Assembly (NCBI GenBank): GCA_002633005.1
Contig: NMRA01001253.1
Span: forward strand, 1-34,670
Reading direction: 5' to 3'
DNA length: 34,670 bases
Origin: Phoronis australis
Lineage: Eukaryota > Animalia > Phoronida
Shown: positions 11,935 to 24,637 of the stretch, piece after piece
Layout: the number at the start of each line of letters is the position of its first letter
Numbering within the stretch: the first letter of the stretch is position 1
Notes under the pieces: model-generated
The model's input: the letters and a program-made list of their open reading frames with translations, nothing else
Database searches by the model: none
Told to the model about the DNA's origin: nothing
Translations under genes and position numbers: made by a program

Positions 11935-12613
11935 NNNNNNNNNNNNNNNNNNNNNNNNNNNNNNNNNNNNNNNNNNNNNNNNNNNNNNNNNNNNNNNNNN
12001 NNNNNNNNNNNNNNNNNNNNNNNNNNNNNNNNNNNNNNNNNNNNNNNNNNNNNNNNNNNNNNNNNNNNNNNNNNNNNNNNNNNNNNNNNNNNNNNNNNNN
12101 NNNNNNNNNNNNNNNNNNNNNNNNNNNNNNNNNNNNNNNNNNNNNNNNNNNNNNNNNNNNNNNNNNNNNNNNNNNNNNNNNNNNNNNNNNNNNNNNNNNN
12201 NNNNNNNNNNNNNNNNNNNNNNNNNNNNNNNNNNNNNNNNNNNNNNNNNNNNNNNNNNNNNNNNNNNNNNNNNNNNNNNNNNNNNNNNNNNNNNNNNNNN
12301 NNNNNNNNNNNNNNNNNNNNNNNNNNNNNNNNNNNNNNNNNNNNNNNNNNNNNNNNNNNNNNNNNNNNNNNNNNNNNNNNNNNNNNNNNNNNNNNNNNNN
12401 NNNNNNNNNNNNNNNNNNNNNNNNNNNNNNNNNNNNNNNNNNNNNNNNNNNNNNNNNNNNNNNNNNNNNNNNNNNNNNNNNNNNNNNNNNNNNNNNNNNN
12501 NNNNNNNNNNNNNNNNNNNNNNNNNNNNNNNNNNNNNNNNNNNNNNNNNNNNNNNNNNNNNNNNNNNNNNNNNNNNNNNNNNNNNNNNNNNNNNNNNNNN
12601 NNNNNNNNNNNNN
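11935..12613. other. Assembly gap, followed by a poly-C run
   Basis: Run of N. Confidence 1.
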
Positions 12614-12820
12614 CCCCCCCCCCCCCCCCGTCCTCTCATCCCTTGTCCCAGCTTTTTCACACAGGAAGCCACAATTTTCAGTTTCATTTTCAGTCACCAC
12701 GATTTTGAAGTTGTACCCTGCCGTCGCCCGAGTTTTCGACGTGGCGACCTGGTCGTCAGGTCGCGACAATTTCCACCCTCTCCCCTGGTCGCCAAAATGT
12801 TTGACTATCCATCGCCACAC

Positions 12821-14767
12821 TTAATTGCCCATGTTAAGCAAAGAAATATCCTTATGGCTAGATTAGGACTCTCTGTCTTGTATCTTGAGGAAACCCCAAC
12901 ACGGTGGTGAACAAACGAAAATCTCGCTTTACGAACCTTTGCGTAACCTCGTCTGCTTTCTGCTGTCCGTATACCACATTGTGCATTTCGGCTATGAGCT
13001 GAAATATCGAGAAAATAGCGTTAACCACGGATACGAAGTACTGCTCTTGACCCGTCGATAGCACTACGTATCTATAAAAATGGGCTTTGAATGACAATTG
13101 AGCTTTGCACAAAAGTGTCTCCTACCCTGTGAGCTCGGTTTCAATAATGAATGTATGCACGGAAGGGAATGAATGAAAGCCTGTATATAATACGAAAGAG
13201 ATTTTTGTGGCTGTGCTAATATTAATAATTAAAAAATGTTGAATCTGCACCTTAATGGTGCATGCATATAATATATATTTTTTTCGAATAAAGGCGACTG
13301 TGGCTCAGCGATGTATATATATAAGGACAATATTATAATATTTAGAAAATTGAGACCACTCTGTGTATTAATGTAATTGCATTACTAGATATCTGGTGAT
13401 CTATGAACATCGGCCTCTATCACATTTACATTAGCACGACGTTTCGGTCGATTATTTCTCCGGTCATCTATAGGTGTTACAGGGCTGTTAGAAGAACGAG
13501 AATAGGTATCTAGTACACTAATGTTTGACAACTATTGTGTAGAAGGCTGTGTTAGAACGAGAGACTTTTCAACTTTTAATCGAGCACCTCACCACTACAT
13601 CCTCAACCGGAGGTCTTCCAGAAAAATACAACCAAAGTACCCACCACAAGTGTACCAGATATCCGAGCTCATTAGGTTGTAAATCTTGAATATGACCCTA
13701 GAAGTATCCTATAGAAGTGTCATGCCTATGTAAATAGGCTAAAGGTTGATGTTAACAGATCAAAAGCTTTTAGACGTGATGTTACTACATCACCACCTGA
13801 AGGTTTTAGCATGTCTATACCAAACATACATAAGTGAAGGCTCACCTGATACAACCGCCGTTTCAGCTCTTCAACCTGGTCTGTCGTCAGACCAATTTTC
13901 TTCTTGACAGCCTCTACCTCGACAGATGTCTTGTTTCGCAGCTTCTGAGACGAACAGTTGAATGGTAGATAAGAGCAACCGGAGACGCTCGCGCTTGGCT
14001 TGTTCATTCTGCAATGACGAGGTACGTTGTCGTTCAATTCCTTTGAATCTGAGTTATTTGCAGTTAGTCTCATCGATACACTTTTAAATCAAATATTAAA
14101 AATTACCTTCATAATGACACCCTTGTCACACCAAGGTAAATCTCGGCACAATCTCCAAAAAGGACAAAAATAAATTTGGACGAGCTAATTGTTACACAAT
14201 TTGAGTAAGTTCTCGTTAGATGGTGCCATTTGCTGTCCGGTTCCGTTCGTCCTATCAGACATTCAACTAGATTTAGAGTTGGACTCGAATATTCTGAGGA
14301 CGAGTCTGGTATAATAAGGTCCTAAAGAGAAAAACATGTATGACAGCATCGTTCAAGTGTTTAAAATACAGTTGCTACGGGAATTCCCATACAATTGTTT
14401 GGGCAGGTACGTACGTAAATTTCTCACCTTTTTCAAATTTGATAATACTTCAGTAGCAGCTCCTAGTTTTTTCTCAACCTTCACTGTATGTCTGACGAGG
14501 CTGCAAAATGAAGTCGATAATCTTTTGCGCAGTCTAAAACCAAGTTTTGGAATCAATTATTTGATTATTTTACACAGTGAGGATCAATAAAAATCGACTT
14601 CCACAATAATCGACACTTGCAAGGCTTTTTCGCATCTACTGACCTGTCTATTAATTCCATGTCACGCTCGACCTCTCCCAGGTCGGCTCTGAGATATCCA
14701 AGACGTTGATTCAGTTCTATCAGAAAGTCACTGACACCCTGTGCTACGTCAGAGTCTGTAGGAAAAC
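12821..14767 (-). CDS. Multi-exon coiled-coil protein segment (exons 14767-14621, 14483-14428, 13944-13846, 12998-12937, 12857-12821); 5' part apparently disrupted
   Basis: Phase-consistent splice chain: T|gcaagt (GC donor) to cag|TG, AAG|gtgaga to cag|AAG, CAG|gtgagc to cag|CTC, AG|gttcgt to tag|C. Translation DFLIELNQRLGYLRADLGEVERDMELIDRSVDAKKPLKVEKKLGAATEVLSNLKKKLRNKTSVEVEAVKKKIGLTTDQVEELKRRLYQLIAEMHNV is heptad-like. Confidence 0.6.
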
Positions 14768-15522
14768 CTGCAATGATCAAAACAAAACGGCAAGAATGAA
14801 TTTCTTGCGCCACGCTATTCTTACATAGTGATTTTTTCACGACGCTACTATAAATTTCCTTTGTACAAGTTCGATGAAAAGCTTCAAACAAATCATGGGC
14901 TAAGACGTACAGTACGCGGTGGATGAGGCTATTTGAGGAGGAACATAGGAAGGTTGTGCCCGGTTGCATGAAACACTCTCAAATAGGGACTCAACCAAGT
15001 TCCCTAAATCTACTGTATACTTGTAGGCTTATGAATACTCTGATTGTCCTTTCTTAAGCTGTTTGGGTATCATTACTAGGCTAATTTTTTACAAATCGAG
15101 AGTGAACTCTACGTCAAATTCTCCCATTTATTGAAAGTAAGTAAGGATTTTTTCATGGAACGCCCCTAATTTAAGTCGCTAATTGTTTTGATTGAATTAA
15201 GGCCTCAGTTTTCAGTCAAAGCGGAGTTCACAACAAATGTAAAATGATAGAAAAACATTACATATACGAGATATGAACGAAACAAATATGCAAAACATTC
15301 AGGGAACTTAGTCGAGTCCTCAATGAGGACTGTTTCATGCAACCGGCCATTAATCACTAGAAAACTGGATCTTAAAGGAGTGTTCAAAAAGGAGTCCTAA
15401 CGGTCTTTAAACGACTAATTGATATAACTTTAAGTTAAATACTACACCGTAATATTTTGGTTAAAGACGCATTCTATCACTTAATTAGAATTTGAACGTT
15501 TTACGGTAAAAAGTTGATTTAC

Positions 15523-15730
15523 CGTATTATTTGTGGCGGACTTCATCAAGAAGATAAATTCGTTTTCCTCAGCATTTTCCAACTTTTCAGCGCCTTGACG
15601 TAGTTCTTAGTCACCATTCTCAGACAATTTGCAGCCTGTGTATTAACCCTAAAGTGATACAAAAAATCATGCTTTACCAAGTTTGCAAGAACGAGGAAAG
15701 GAGTAACAGATTAGATATGTCAACGCTCTT
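15523..15730 (-). pseudogene. Probable disrupted 5' exons of the coiled-coil gene
   Basis: A hydrophobic block that needs a frameshift ends G|gtaaag at 15678. A 42-nt intron (15636-15677) follows, then GCKLSENGD*ELRQGAEKLENAEENEFIFLMKSATNNT|gtaaat with one TAA. Confidence 0.4.
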
Positions 15731-16077
15731 CCTATCCTAGTTTTTATTATTTTTAAAAGATAAGTTAGAGGGTTTATGCCAGATTGGCCTTTGAAATACT
15801 ACTTACTCTTTACGAATTTTCAGTTGTTTCACAAAATATAAAGCACTTTCTCTCTCCATTGCGTTTAAATGTACCACTTTGTAACCGGGAAAAGATTCAA
15901 CTGTGTACTTGTCTACAGGTGACGTCATCAGCTGTGACGCTCTTGTGATTGTCATTTTGGATACGTAATTGATGCGTGAAATTATGTCACGAACTTCAAA
16001 AAAGCATTCATAGAACCGGTCCTTATTTCAGGCCCGTAGGAAGGCAGAAACTATTGGGGTTACAAACCAATTCGACT

Positions 16078-16199
16078 TTGCCAAACTACCCCCTGCCTAT
16101 CGCCACCACCTGCCACCCCCCACCCCCGTCCTCCAGATTCCGCCATATTTGTAGTGATCCCCCCACGTCCGCCATAGGTGATAGGTGGGGGGTTGGCAA
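16078..16199. repeat. Small imperfect inverted repeat (possible MITE remnant)
   Basis: ttgccaa...ccc..cctatcgcc pairs with ggtgataggtgggggttggcaa. Confidence 0.45.
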
Positions 16200-17510
16200 T
16201 CGCGAGGATGCAGTCATCAGGACTTGAGTGATGCAATATGGCCTTTAAATATACACTTGAAATCGGCAATTGCGGGTACTGATGCTTAACGTAATGTTTG
16301 TTTCGTGAAGGCATAACCATTAACGACAAGCGGAAGCCACTGATGTAGGCAATATGCCTAAAATTAAACAGCTCACTCACGGATTAACGATGGGTACTGC
16401 AGATTGCGCTCTAGTGCGCATGCCCAACATAACTTCGCATCAAATCAAAACAACATAAGTGACAACACGTCCTGAGGGTCATGAAAGTAAATATTAAAAT
16501 ACATGCTCTTGGATAATTCGGCAGTCACAACAATCACATGTTCATCCATTTTCTATGTTTTTGCTTGACGAACATGCTCTTTATATAAAAATTATAAGAA
16601 CTCAGCTTCGTTCCAAAGTGTGCTTTCAACACTGCATGGCTAACCAACCTCATTAAACTATTGTTTTATTGCCATACCTCTCCGACTCGCATGTCTGCCT
16701 GATGAACGGCATTAGAGAGCAGTCTGTGGTACCCATCGTTAATCGGTGAGGGAACTATGGAATTAGAGGCTCATTGCTTGCATTATATGATTCCATTTGT
16801 CTTTACTGGTTGTCTCTTCACTAAACGAGTTAAGCCCCGATACCTGTAGTTACCGATTTGTAGTGTATTTTTAAGTGTCCTCCTAATTTTAATCAGGAAA
16901 ATCTCGACTGGTCGACGGCCATATTGTATCGCTCTTGTATACCTTTTGAGTAATTTACACGAAGATGAATCACCCGTATATACGCTTTTCTGCAAGCGCA
17001 ACAGAGATGATCACTTCCACCTTGTCCAAGGTTGTGCTTAACCGCGTAGTTGATACTGAAGCAACTGATTGAGTGATCGATTATATAACCCTCATTTTTA
17101 TTGTAAAGTATTTCCGAAAATTTGGCCAATGGAATTATAACACGAAGATTATAAAAAGCAACAACCAAACGAACATCATCCAAGAGAGTGTGTGAGCATT
17201 TTCTTGCGATTAAATCGGCATTAATAAAATGTAGTTGTTAAGTTGATCCATTCAGGAAAGTTCATTGTATTTGAATTAAATCTGTCTACTAGACCTCACA
17301 TAACTAAACTCTTAGAACCTCGGAGGCAGCACGCCTCCATCAAAGGGGAGATGGTACAGAAATTTGGCGGGAATCGTCGTCTCTTGCTTAATGTTAATGA
17401 TTTTTATGAGCTGCACCCTTTTAACTACGAAGTCCTGGCTTAAGTAGGTTTTGATGACTTTCAAGGACACACGTATATACTCAAAACGTACCGAGAGTGG
17501 CGTACATGAA

Positions 17511-19196
17511 GTAATATCCCAGGAAACATTATTCAGGCGTACGTCCGGCGTCCGCCGGTCTATCTCCAAAACGCCTTGACGTATGTTCACGAAATTTTGC
17601 ACAGGTTTTTTCTTCCGTAAATGGGACGGCATCAGCGAATTTTCGGTTGGATCCGACTACCGGTGTGCCCCCTAGTGGCAATTTTAGTTTTTTACGTTTG
17701 CCTCTGTATCTTCAAAAGTCTTGAACGGATTTTCAAAAAATTTGGCATATAGACACCTATTAGTGCCGCTATCCTCCCGTTTTCAGATGAATTTGATCTA
17801 GTTTGCGCCACCTAGTGGCCATTTTTTCTGTTTTCGAGTCTGTTTTTTTGCGTCCATCCCTCTATCAATCAAACTGCTCAAAGGATGATTGTGAAAATTG
17901 GCATGTATGTTCTTACTATGACGGCAGATGATGATTTTCCGACGACTTCGACTTCTGTGGCGCCTCCTAGTGGCAGTTTTTTTGCGCCTATGGCTGTATC
18001 CCCTAAACCGTTCGCAGGATCTTTACTGAATTTAGTAAGTGTATTTATATGATGTTAACAACAGAGGATGAGGACTTTCAGACAGATCTGACTACTGGTG
18101 TGCCACCTAGTGGCAATTTTATTTTTTTTACGTTTACCTCTGTATGTTCAAAGGTCCTCAACGTACTTTCATAAAATTTGGGATACAGGCATCTGTTAAT
18201 AAGGTGACGCTATCTCACCGTTTTCAAATGGATTTGACCTAGTTTTCACCACCAAGTAGCCATTTTTACTTGTTTTGAGAATGTTTTTAGGCGTCCACTC
18301 ATCTATCAACCAAACCGCTTTCAGGATAATTGTGAAAATTGGCATGTATGTCTTTACTTTAAAGTGGACGGCTGACGATGATTTTCCGACGAGTTCCGCT
18401 ACTGTGGCGCTTCCTAGTGGCATTTTTGTTTTTTGGTGCTCATGGCTGAAACTATTAAACCGTTTCCAGGATCTTTACTTAATTTAACAAGTGTATTTGT
18501 AGAATGTTGACAATGGACGACGACGACTTTCGGACGGATCTGACTACTGGTGTGCCCCCCAGTGGCAATTTTTAGTTTTTTACGTTTACCAGTCTGTATC
18601 TTCAAAGGTCCGCATCAGATTTTGAATATAGGCTTCTATTGGTGTCATGACGCTATCATCCTGTTTTTGGATGGCGTCGACGTATTTTGCGTTACCTGGT
18701 GGCCATTTTTGCTGCTTTCAAATCTTGTTTTTGGCGTCCACCCCTCGATCAACCAAATCATTCTATGGATGGTTTTGAAAATTGGCGTATATGTTTTCAG
18801 TGTGAAGAGGACGTTTCATGATGGCGCCTGACTCTGTGGTGCCTCCTAGTGGTAGTTTGGTTTTGTTTTGTGCCCATAGCTTTATCTCTAATACCCACTG
18901 CAGGATCTTTATTAAATTTAGCAGGGTAAATTTATATGAAGATAACAGACGACGTCTTGTAGGCGGATGGAACGAACGCTGTGCCCACACGCGGCAATTT
19001 CATTTTGTTCTGTTTTCCTTTGTTTCTCTGAAGTTCCTTGACAGATTTTTATGATATATGGCATGTTCCCGTTTTAGGATGAATTGTACGTGTTTGCGCC
19101 ATCTAGTGGCATTTTTATGATTCAAATAAATAACCCTAAAAACACATCATTTGCGATGCATTCGTGGGCGCATTTCAACGCTCCGCGTTGCTCATT
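17511..19196 (+). mobile_element. Non-autonomous Helentron-type element (HINE/DINE-1-like) with internal tandem array
   Basis: 5' aatatcccaggaa is loosely inverted with 3' ttcgtgggcgcatt (subterminal IRs). GTCC-rich tract near 17544, repeated (tt)ca.gaaa(t)ttgg motifs, and terminal hairpin caacgc-tcc-gcgttg at 19176-19190. Confidence 0.6.
17640..19090. repeat. About 3.3 copies of a 435-452-bp tandem unit built from ~145-bp subunits
   Basis: gactac(c/t)ggtgtgcc.cc.agtggcaatttt at 17655, 18090 and 18542; each unit holds three cctagtggc-type motifs. Confidence 0.92.
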
Positions 19197-19950
19197 ATGA
19201 CAATTGCAACCATTATGACCATTTTGACCCATCCTGTTCACTTTGATCAATTATGTTCGTTTCACCTATTATGTCCATTTTACCCCATGATGTCCATTTT
19301 TACTCTTTATGACCTCTTTCGCTCCATAGATCCATTTTAATCCCTTAAATCAATTTCCAATCCTTTAATCGGATTTGATCCATTAGCGTAGTGATGAAGG
19401 TAATCAATATTTCATCAACGTTCATTGAAACGTTCTTCAATCCATTTATAATGTAATGGACACAATGTTCGGGAGGGTTTTGACCCATTGTGTCCGTTTG
19501 ATCCAGTGTGTGCGTTTTGAACCACTACGTTCATTTCTGCATAATTGATTAACACGGAGTTAACCGCCAAGGTAATCCATAATAGTGAAATAGTAATTAT
19601 TTTCAACAGTAAGATTAAGGACCAAAACAAACTTAATCAATGAAAATCATTTAAAAGCAAAAATTACTTCAGTGGACATAAATGTGTCAAGAAGACATGA
19701 TGTGTAAAGACCCCCACACCCACGATTCTTTTCAGTGCAATCATTCCAAACGTAATGAATGGCCGTTGGTGATGTATGAAATATATTTAACAATAAATCA
19801 ATACATCAAAACCAACTTGAAGGAAAAAATTTCATTAAAAGGGTAAAAATAGATCAAATAAGCAAAATGGTCAAAAAAGGACATAATGGTTAAAGAATGA
19901 CATAGTGGGCCAAATGGAACTTAGTGAGTCAAAATAAGCATAATGGGCCA
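19196..19950. repeat. Foldback-like region: short degenerate repeats in inverted arms
   Basis: Left arm tgaccatt(t/a)/tgtccattt-type 9-10-mers (19196-~19510); right arm aaatggtca/ggacataatgg-type (~19840-19950). The end of the right arm is also present at 1-32. Confidence 0.55.
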
Positions 19951-21334
19951 GAACACACATGCACTCCTGTAACAAAAATGTTACATTATCGAATCGGCTT
20001 TACCTGCCTATACATGTAAACAACCATTTTATCTAGCATTTCGGCAGGAAACCACTCTGTTATACAAATAATTAACTTGTTATCGAGATCTTCACATGTC
20101 AAATACGTTCTAATTACACAGGTATCTTGCTAATAGCTATTTATTAAAGTCATGCCCCAAAAAGATATTGTTTCTGGGTAACATCCCATCGTTAATCACA
20201 TGGTGAGCTTAAATACGTTATTATCTACCGGTATCAACCTTTTTGACAGACATTGAGACGGTATCTGTGTCATTCCTTTTTCACTACTGATTCAGAGAGA
20301 AATGTGTTCAGTAAGACATTTTAAAAGATATCTCAGGATTTTTTCTCTTCCGTGAGAAAACACGGTTTCATGAAAACGACAATCAGAAAACTACTGAGTT
20401 TCTCAGTCCGAGTTCCTGGTTTCTAAAACATGGCTTGAATTTAAAATGATAGGAGGGCTGTTTATGCGTCTTTCAGCAGATCACACTGGTATAAACATTA
20501 GTTGATCTTGACTAAGAAATACTCTTTCAGGTACATCCCTTTATACTAACCAGCCTCCCTCAAATAAAGCAAGTTACTATGGCACAAAATGATGAAATTT
20601 TAAACCTATCCCAACCGTCATAAAATGATTTCCATCTCTCAACCTGTCACCCACGGCGTCATGTCAAGTGACTCTTCAACAAAACCTTTGTTGTTGGAAA
20701 TCAATTCTTATCATTACAGGGGATACGTTTGGGGGAGTGTGTCTCTTGAATATTTCTGTAACTATGAACCGCTCCTTAAAACATCTATTTTCTGTCTTTC
20801 GTTTCCTGGCTAGAGTTTTTCTTGAAACCGTGTTTTGTCACCTTAGCACATAAAGCCCAAAATCGCCAGAAATTTCCCAGTGAACTCAAATATTAATAAA
20901 ATATTTCCATTATTTAAATTTCTTAGAAATCAGGAGGAAGAAACACATCATCCACTAGTAGTAGTAGTTTATAACTCACTCACCACAAAACCGTTTTTCA
21001 AAATACTGTCCGACATACATTAATAAATAAAGAAACTTTATGGTTTTTCGAACATTATATATTTTATCTCAATCTTAAGAGTCCGATCTGGCCGCTCAAA
21101 CCACTGATTTATTCTGTCTTGCAGAGCATTAATCAATCACAAAAATTGTAAACCAGAACTATTTGCTTTGAACCTACTGATCTAAGCATCCTGGTCCTTA
21201 CCACGAGTCACAGTGCACTTACCACGTAGCGGAACTCTTACAGCTCTCCCCAAACTAACGCACCCAAAAAGTGTTTCCGGTTTCAGGTATGGGCTCTAAA
21301 CAGGCGTCAATTCGGTAATTATTTAAACAAACTC

Positions 21335-22607
21335 TCATTCTTCCTCAACATGTGCCACTGTTATTGATTGTTGGTCGCCGACGGTGACATGTTTTTCTGA
21401 CCACTAACAGAACTAAGCCAGACACCAGAGCGATGAAGGCAATTGAACTTACAGCGATGACTGCATCTAGTTCACCACCATCCAAATCACTAGAACTAGA
21501 CATCCCGTCGTTTGTCCTGTTTTATTTGATGCCGTTGTCCGAGCATTTTCTGAAGTCATTGCGCTTATTGATAAATTTTTTGGTTCTATTGTTGTTGATC
21601 TCATGGCAGTTGTAGATGTTGATGTTTTTGCTTTTATCGCTGTTGGTGTTTGATCTCCTGTATTTGATGTCGTTGTCGTACTAATTGATAAATCTGTTGG
21701 CGTCAATGTTGGTGATCTTGTGGCTATTGCAGATATTGCTGCTATTGCTGCTGTTGCTGTTATCGTTGCTGCTGCTGTTGTCACGTGGGCTGATGTTTGA
21801 TCTGTTGAGCTTGAAATCATTCTTGTCCCTACGCTTTGTGCAGATACTTCTGATCCTCGCGACGTGGTCTTCTGGCTTGTCAATGAATCTGCTGCAGCTG
21901 TTGACGTCAGTTGTTCTGAAGGTGCTTCGACAGTTGTTAATGACACCATCTCTTGCAAAATTGATGTTGTTGGATGTGTTGGTGTTAGCATCGTCGAGGT
22001 TGTTGGTTGTGGCAGAGGAAGTATTGTAGGCACCAGCATATTGGTGCTACGTACTTCCACGGGTGTTGGTGCGAGATGGGTTGGTGTTCGGTGTTGCACC
22101 GTTGTTTCATTCTGTTGTCCTGAAGTTGCTTCTGCTTAAAGTTGGAAAATCAAGTGTATGAGAAATTGTCACAAGCAATGTACATAGAATATGTAACTAT
22201 ATTTGTTGAATACGCTCACATTTAGTGTTCTCTTCCAGACACTCGTCGAGCATGACCCCCATATTTTACTCGGCACTTGACCCGTCTCAATTCAAATACT
22301 GACCGTAATGTTGGGCAAAGATTCTGAATTCAAGTCAAGCATGAAAAACGATTGGTCACTATTCGAGTTGAGCTTTTAATGAAGTTGAGTGATCCCGAGA
22401 CGTCATCTCCATCAACATCACACAACAACCGATGCGAATTTACACAACTGACGTAAGCATGTTATTTTCTTGATGTTTCTAATTTTGTCGTCTTTTTTCA
22501 CTCACGGTCGATTGTTATGGTGAACAAATTGCGTTTAAATGGTTGCCCACCTACGATTGCAATAAGAATCCTGATACACAAAGGATACACCTGATCGCAG
22601 ACTCCAT
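21335..22607 (-). pseudogene. Mucin-like type I membrane protein, gene 1 copy B, frameshifted
   Basis: Exon 1 (22607-22551) is 57 nt vs 58 in A and reads ...GGA TTC TTA TTG CAA TCG TAG. A second 1-nt deletion near 21511 shifts ORF 21467..22099 out of the TM frame. A 4-nt attg duplication near 21363-21370 falls in the tail. Confidence 0.8.
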
Positions 22608-23264
22608 TCTGTCCTATCTGTCTAACGCAGCGCTCAACGAGAACTATTATGATAATTAAGATATACTTTATGACAATTCACGACCTTAACAAGATGTTAC
22701 ACACAAGTGATTAAAATGTTTTATTGTTTTACAGTCCAATGTTTACTAATGTTTTAGATATCAACAATTTGTTTTGTTTCTTTATATTACATCTACATGT
22801 ATTTTGATATTCATATACACTTATAAAGTATAACCTGATACAACACATAGCTCTTAAAATTTCTATAAAAGTAATCATCCACCAACATCATAAGCAATAT
22901 TTTGTCGTTGTCATTTTCTCTTTTGAATCACCCGTTAACATACTGTCTTACGTTTATCAGTCACTCCATTACTTATCACGCTCTAAGAGGTTGATAAGTC
23001 AGTTGTTGTAGCAACAGTGTTACAATAAAGTTGGCATACAGCAGGAGATAAATTTTTAAAGGGCTCCATCATATCTGTTCGTGTCTTCTTCTTGAAAGCA
23101 TTCAACATCTTACTCCGAATTTCCTAAGGTCACAACTGTTTTACAGTAGTCACAAATTCACAACCAGCAACGGCCAACCCGAGCCCGAGGTGAGAAATAA
23201 ATTTATGTTCAACATAAGTCCTGCATGAGTCAAGCACCGCTCGAATACAACATTTCAGTAATAC

Positions 23265-24452
23265 AATAGCGGAGTTGCAACCGAATCGATTTAACGATTG
23301 CGCATGTCCGGAAATTAGGGTGCGCAAAGGCTACTGGGATTGTTGATGGTAAACGGGATGACCGACTGGTTTGCACGACGTGTAATTTGTGTGCATTAAA
23401 CTACGCTGCTGTATGTAATTCTGCCGCTATTCGCCCTAATTGGCGCCCATGGCTCAACAAGTGCCCCAACGCGTTTTCAGACTTTGCTAAAGTAAGCGCC
23501 CAGCCCATGAACTACATGCGAAAAATGCCCTTACCTACAGTTCTAACGTCTCCAATTTATCAATTGAAAGATCCGACAGCCTGAATTTGTAACNNNNNNN
23601 NNNNNNNNNNNNNNNNNNNNNNNNNNNNNNNNNNNNNNNNNNNNNNNNNNNNNNNNNNNNNNNNNNNNNNNNNNNNNNNNNNNNNNNNNNNNNNNNNNNN
23701 NNNNNNNNNNNNNNNNNNNNNNNNNNNNNNNNNNNNNNNNNNNNNNNNNNNNNNNNNNNNNNNNNNNNNNNNNNNNNNNNNNNNNNNNNNNNNNNNNNNN
23801 NNNNNNNNNNNNNNNNNNNNNNNNNNNNNNNNNNNNNNNNNNNNNNNNNNNNNNNNNNNNNNNNNNNNNNNNNNNNNNNNNNNNNNNNNNNNNNNNNNNN
23901 NNNNNNNNNNNNNNNNNNNNNNNNNNNNNNNNNNNNNNNNNNNNNNNNNNNNNNNNNNNNNNNNNNNNNNNNNNNNNNNNNNNNNNNNNNNNNNNNNNNN
24001 NNNNNNNNNNNNNNNNNNNNNNNNNNNNNNNNNNNNNNNNNNNNNNNNNNNNNNNNNNNNNNNNNNNNNNNNNNNNNNNNNNNNNNNNNNNNNNNNNNNN
24101 NNNNNNNNNNNNNNNNNNNNNNNNNNNNNNNNNNNNNNNNNNNNNNNNNNNNNNNNNNNNNNNNNNNNNNNNNNNNNNNNNNNNNNNNNNNNNNNNNNNN
24201 NNNNNNNNNNNNNNNACCAGCTCTACCGATGTCTCTGACCCATGTTTAACGCAGTTCTTGATCCTTGGGAAACAGGTAGTAACTAAATTTTTTATTTCGC
24301 TAACTGGTATTATAGCATGCCAGGCACACAACACGTATAACCTCCCTGTGGCCGGTTCGCCCCCACGCTCGCCGACGTACTTGTTTACCAGCTTAACCAC
24401 AATGCAACATTCTGACCCATTTCCAATATGGCGGCGTTGCAACTCCGCTATT
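23265..24452. mobile_element. DNA transposon/MITE with perfect 17-bp terminal inverted repeats, spanning a gap
   Basis: aatagcggagttgcaac (23265-23281) and gttgcaactccgctatt (24436-24452). Absent from the equivalent copy A site (~3660-3670). The TSD (AT or TA) cannot be separated from the TIR. Confidence 0.85.
23594..24215. other. Assembly gap
   Basis: Run of N. Confidence 1.
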
Positions 24453-24637
24453 ACATACATAGGCCTACAGGCTGGTTTGCTCCTATGATGACAACATCTT
24501 TTGATTGGCGAGGCTCTTGTCCTTTAAACTGATAAAAAAGAAAGGAAAGGTTGTCTATGCAAATTTTGTCATCCAATACGGAGTCCAAATGTTGCAACAT
24601 CAAACTGCATTCAACTCATTTCAGTAGTTAGACACAA

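Noticed and set aside
11816-12824. Long ORFs across the gaps (also 23543..24460)
   Set aside because: Their length is an artefact of the N runs.
17640-19090. CRISPR-like array
   Set aside because: The spacers are homologous to one another with ~445-bp periodicity, there are no cas genes, and the context is eukaryotic.
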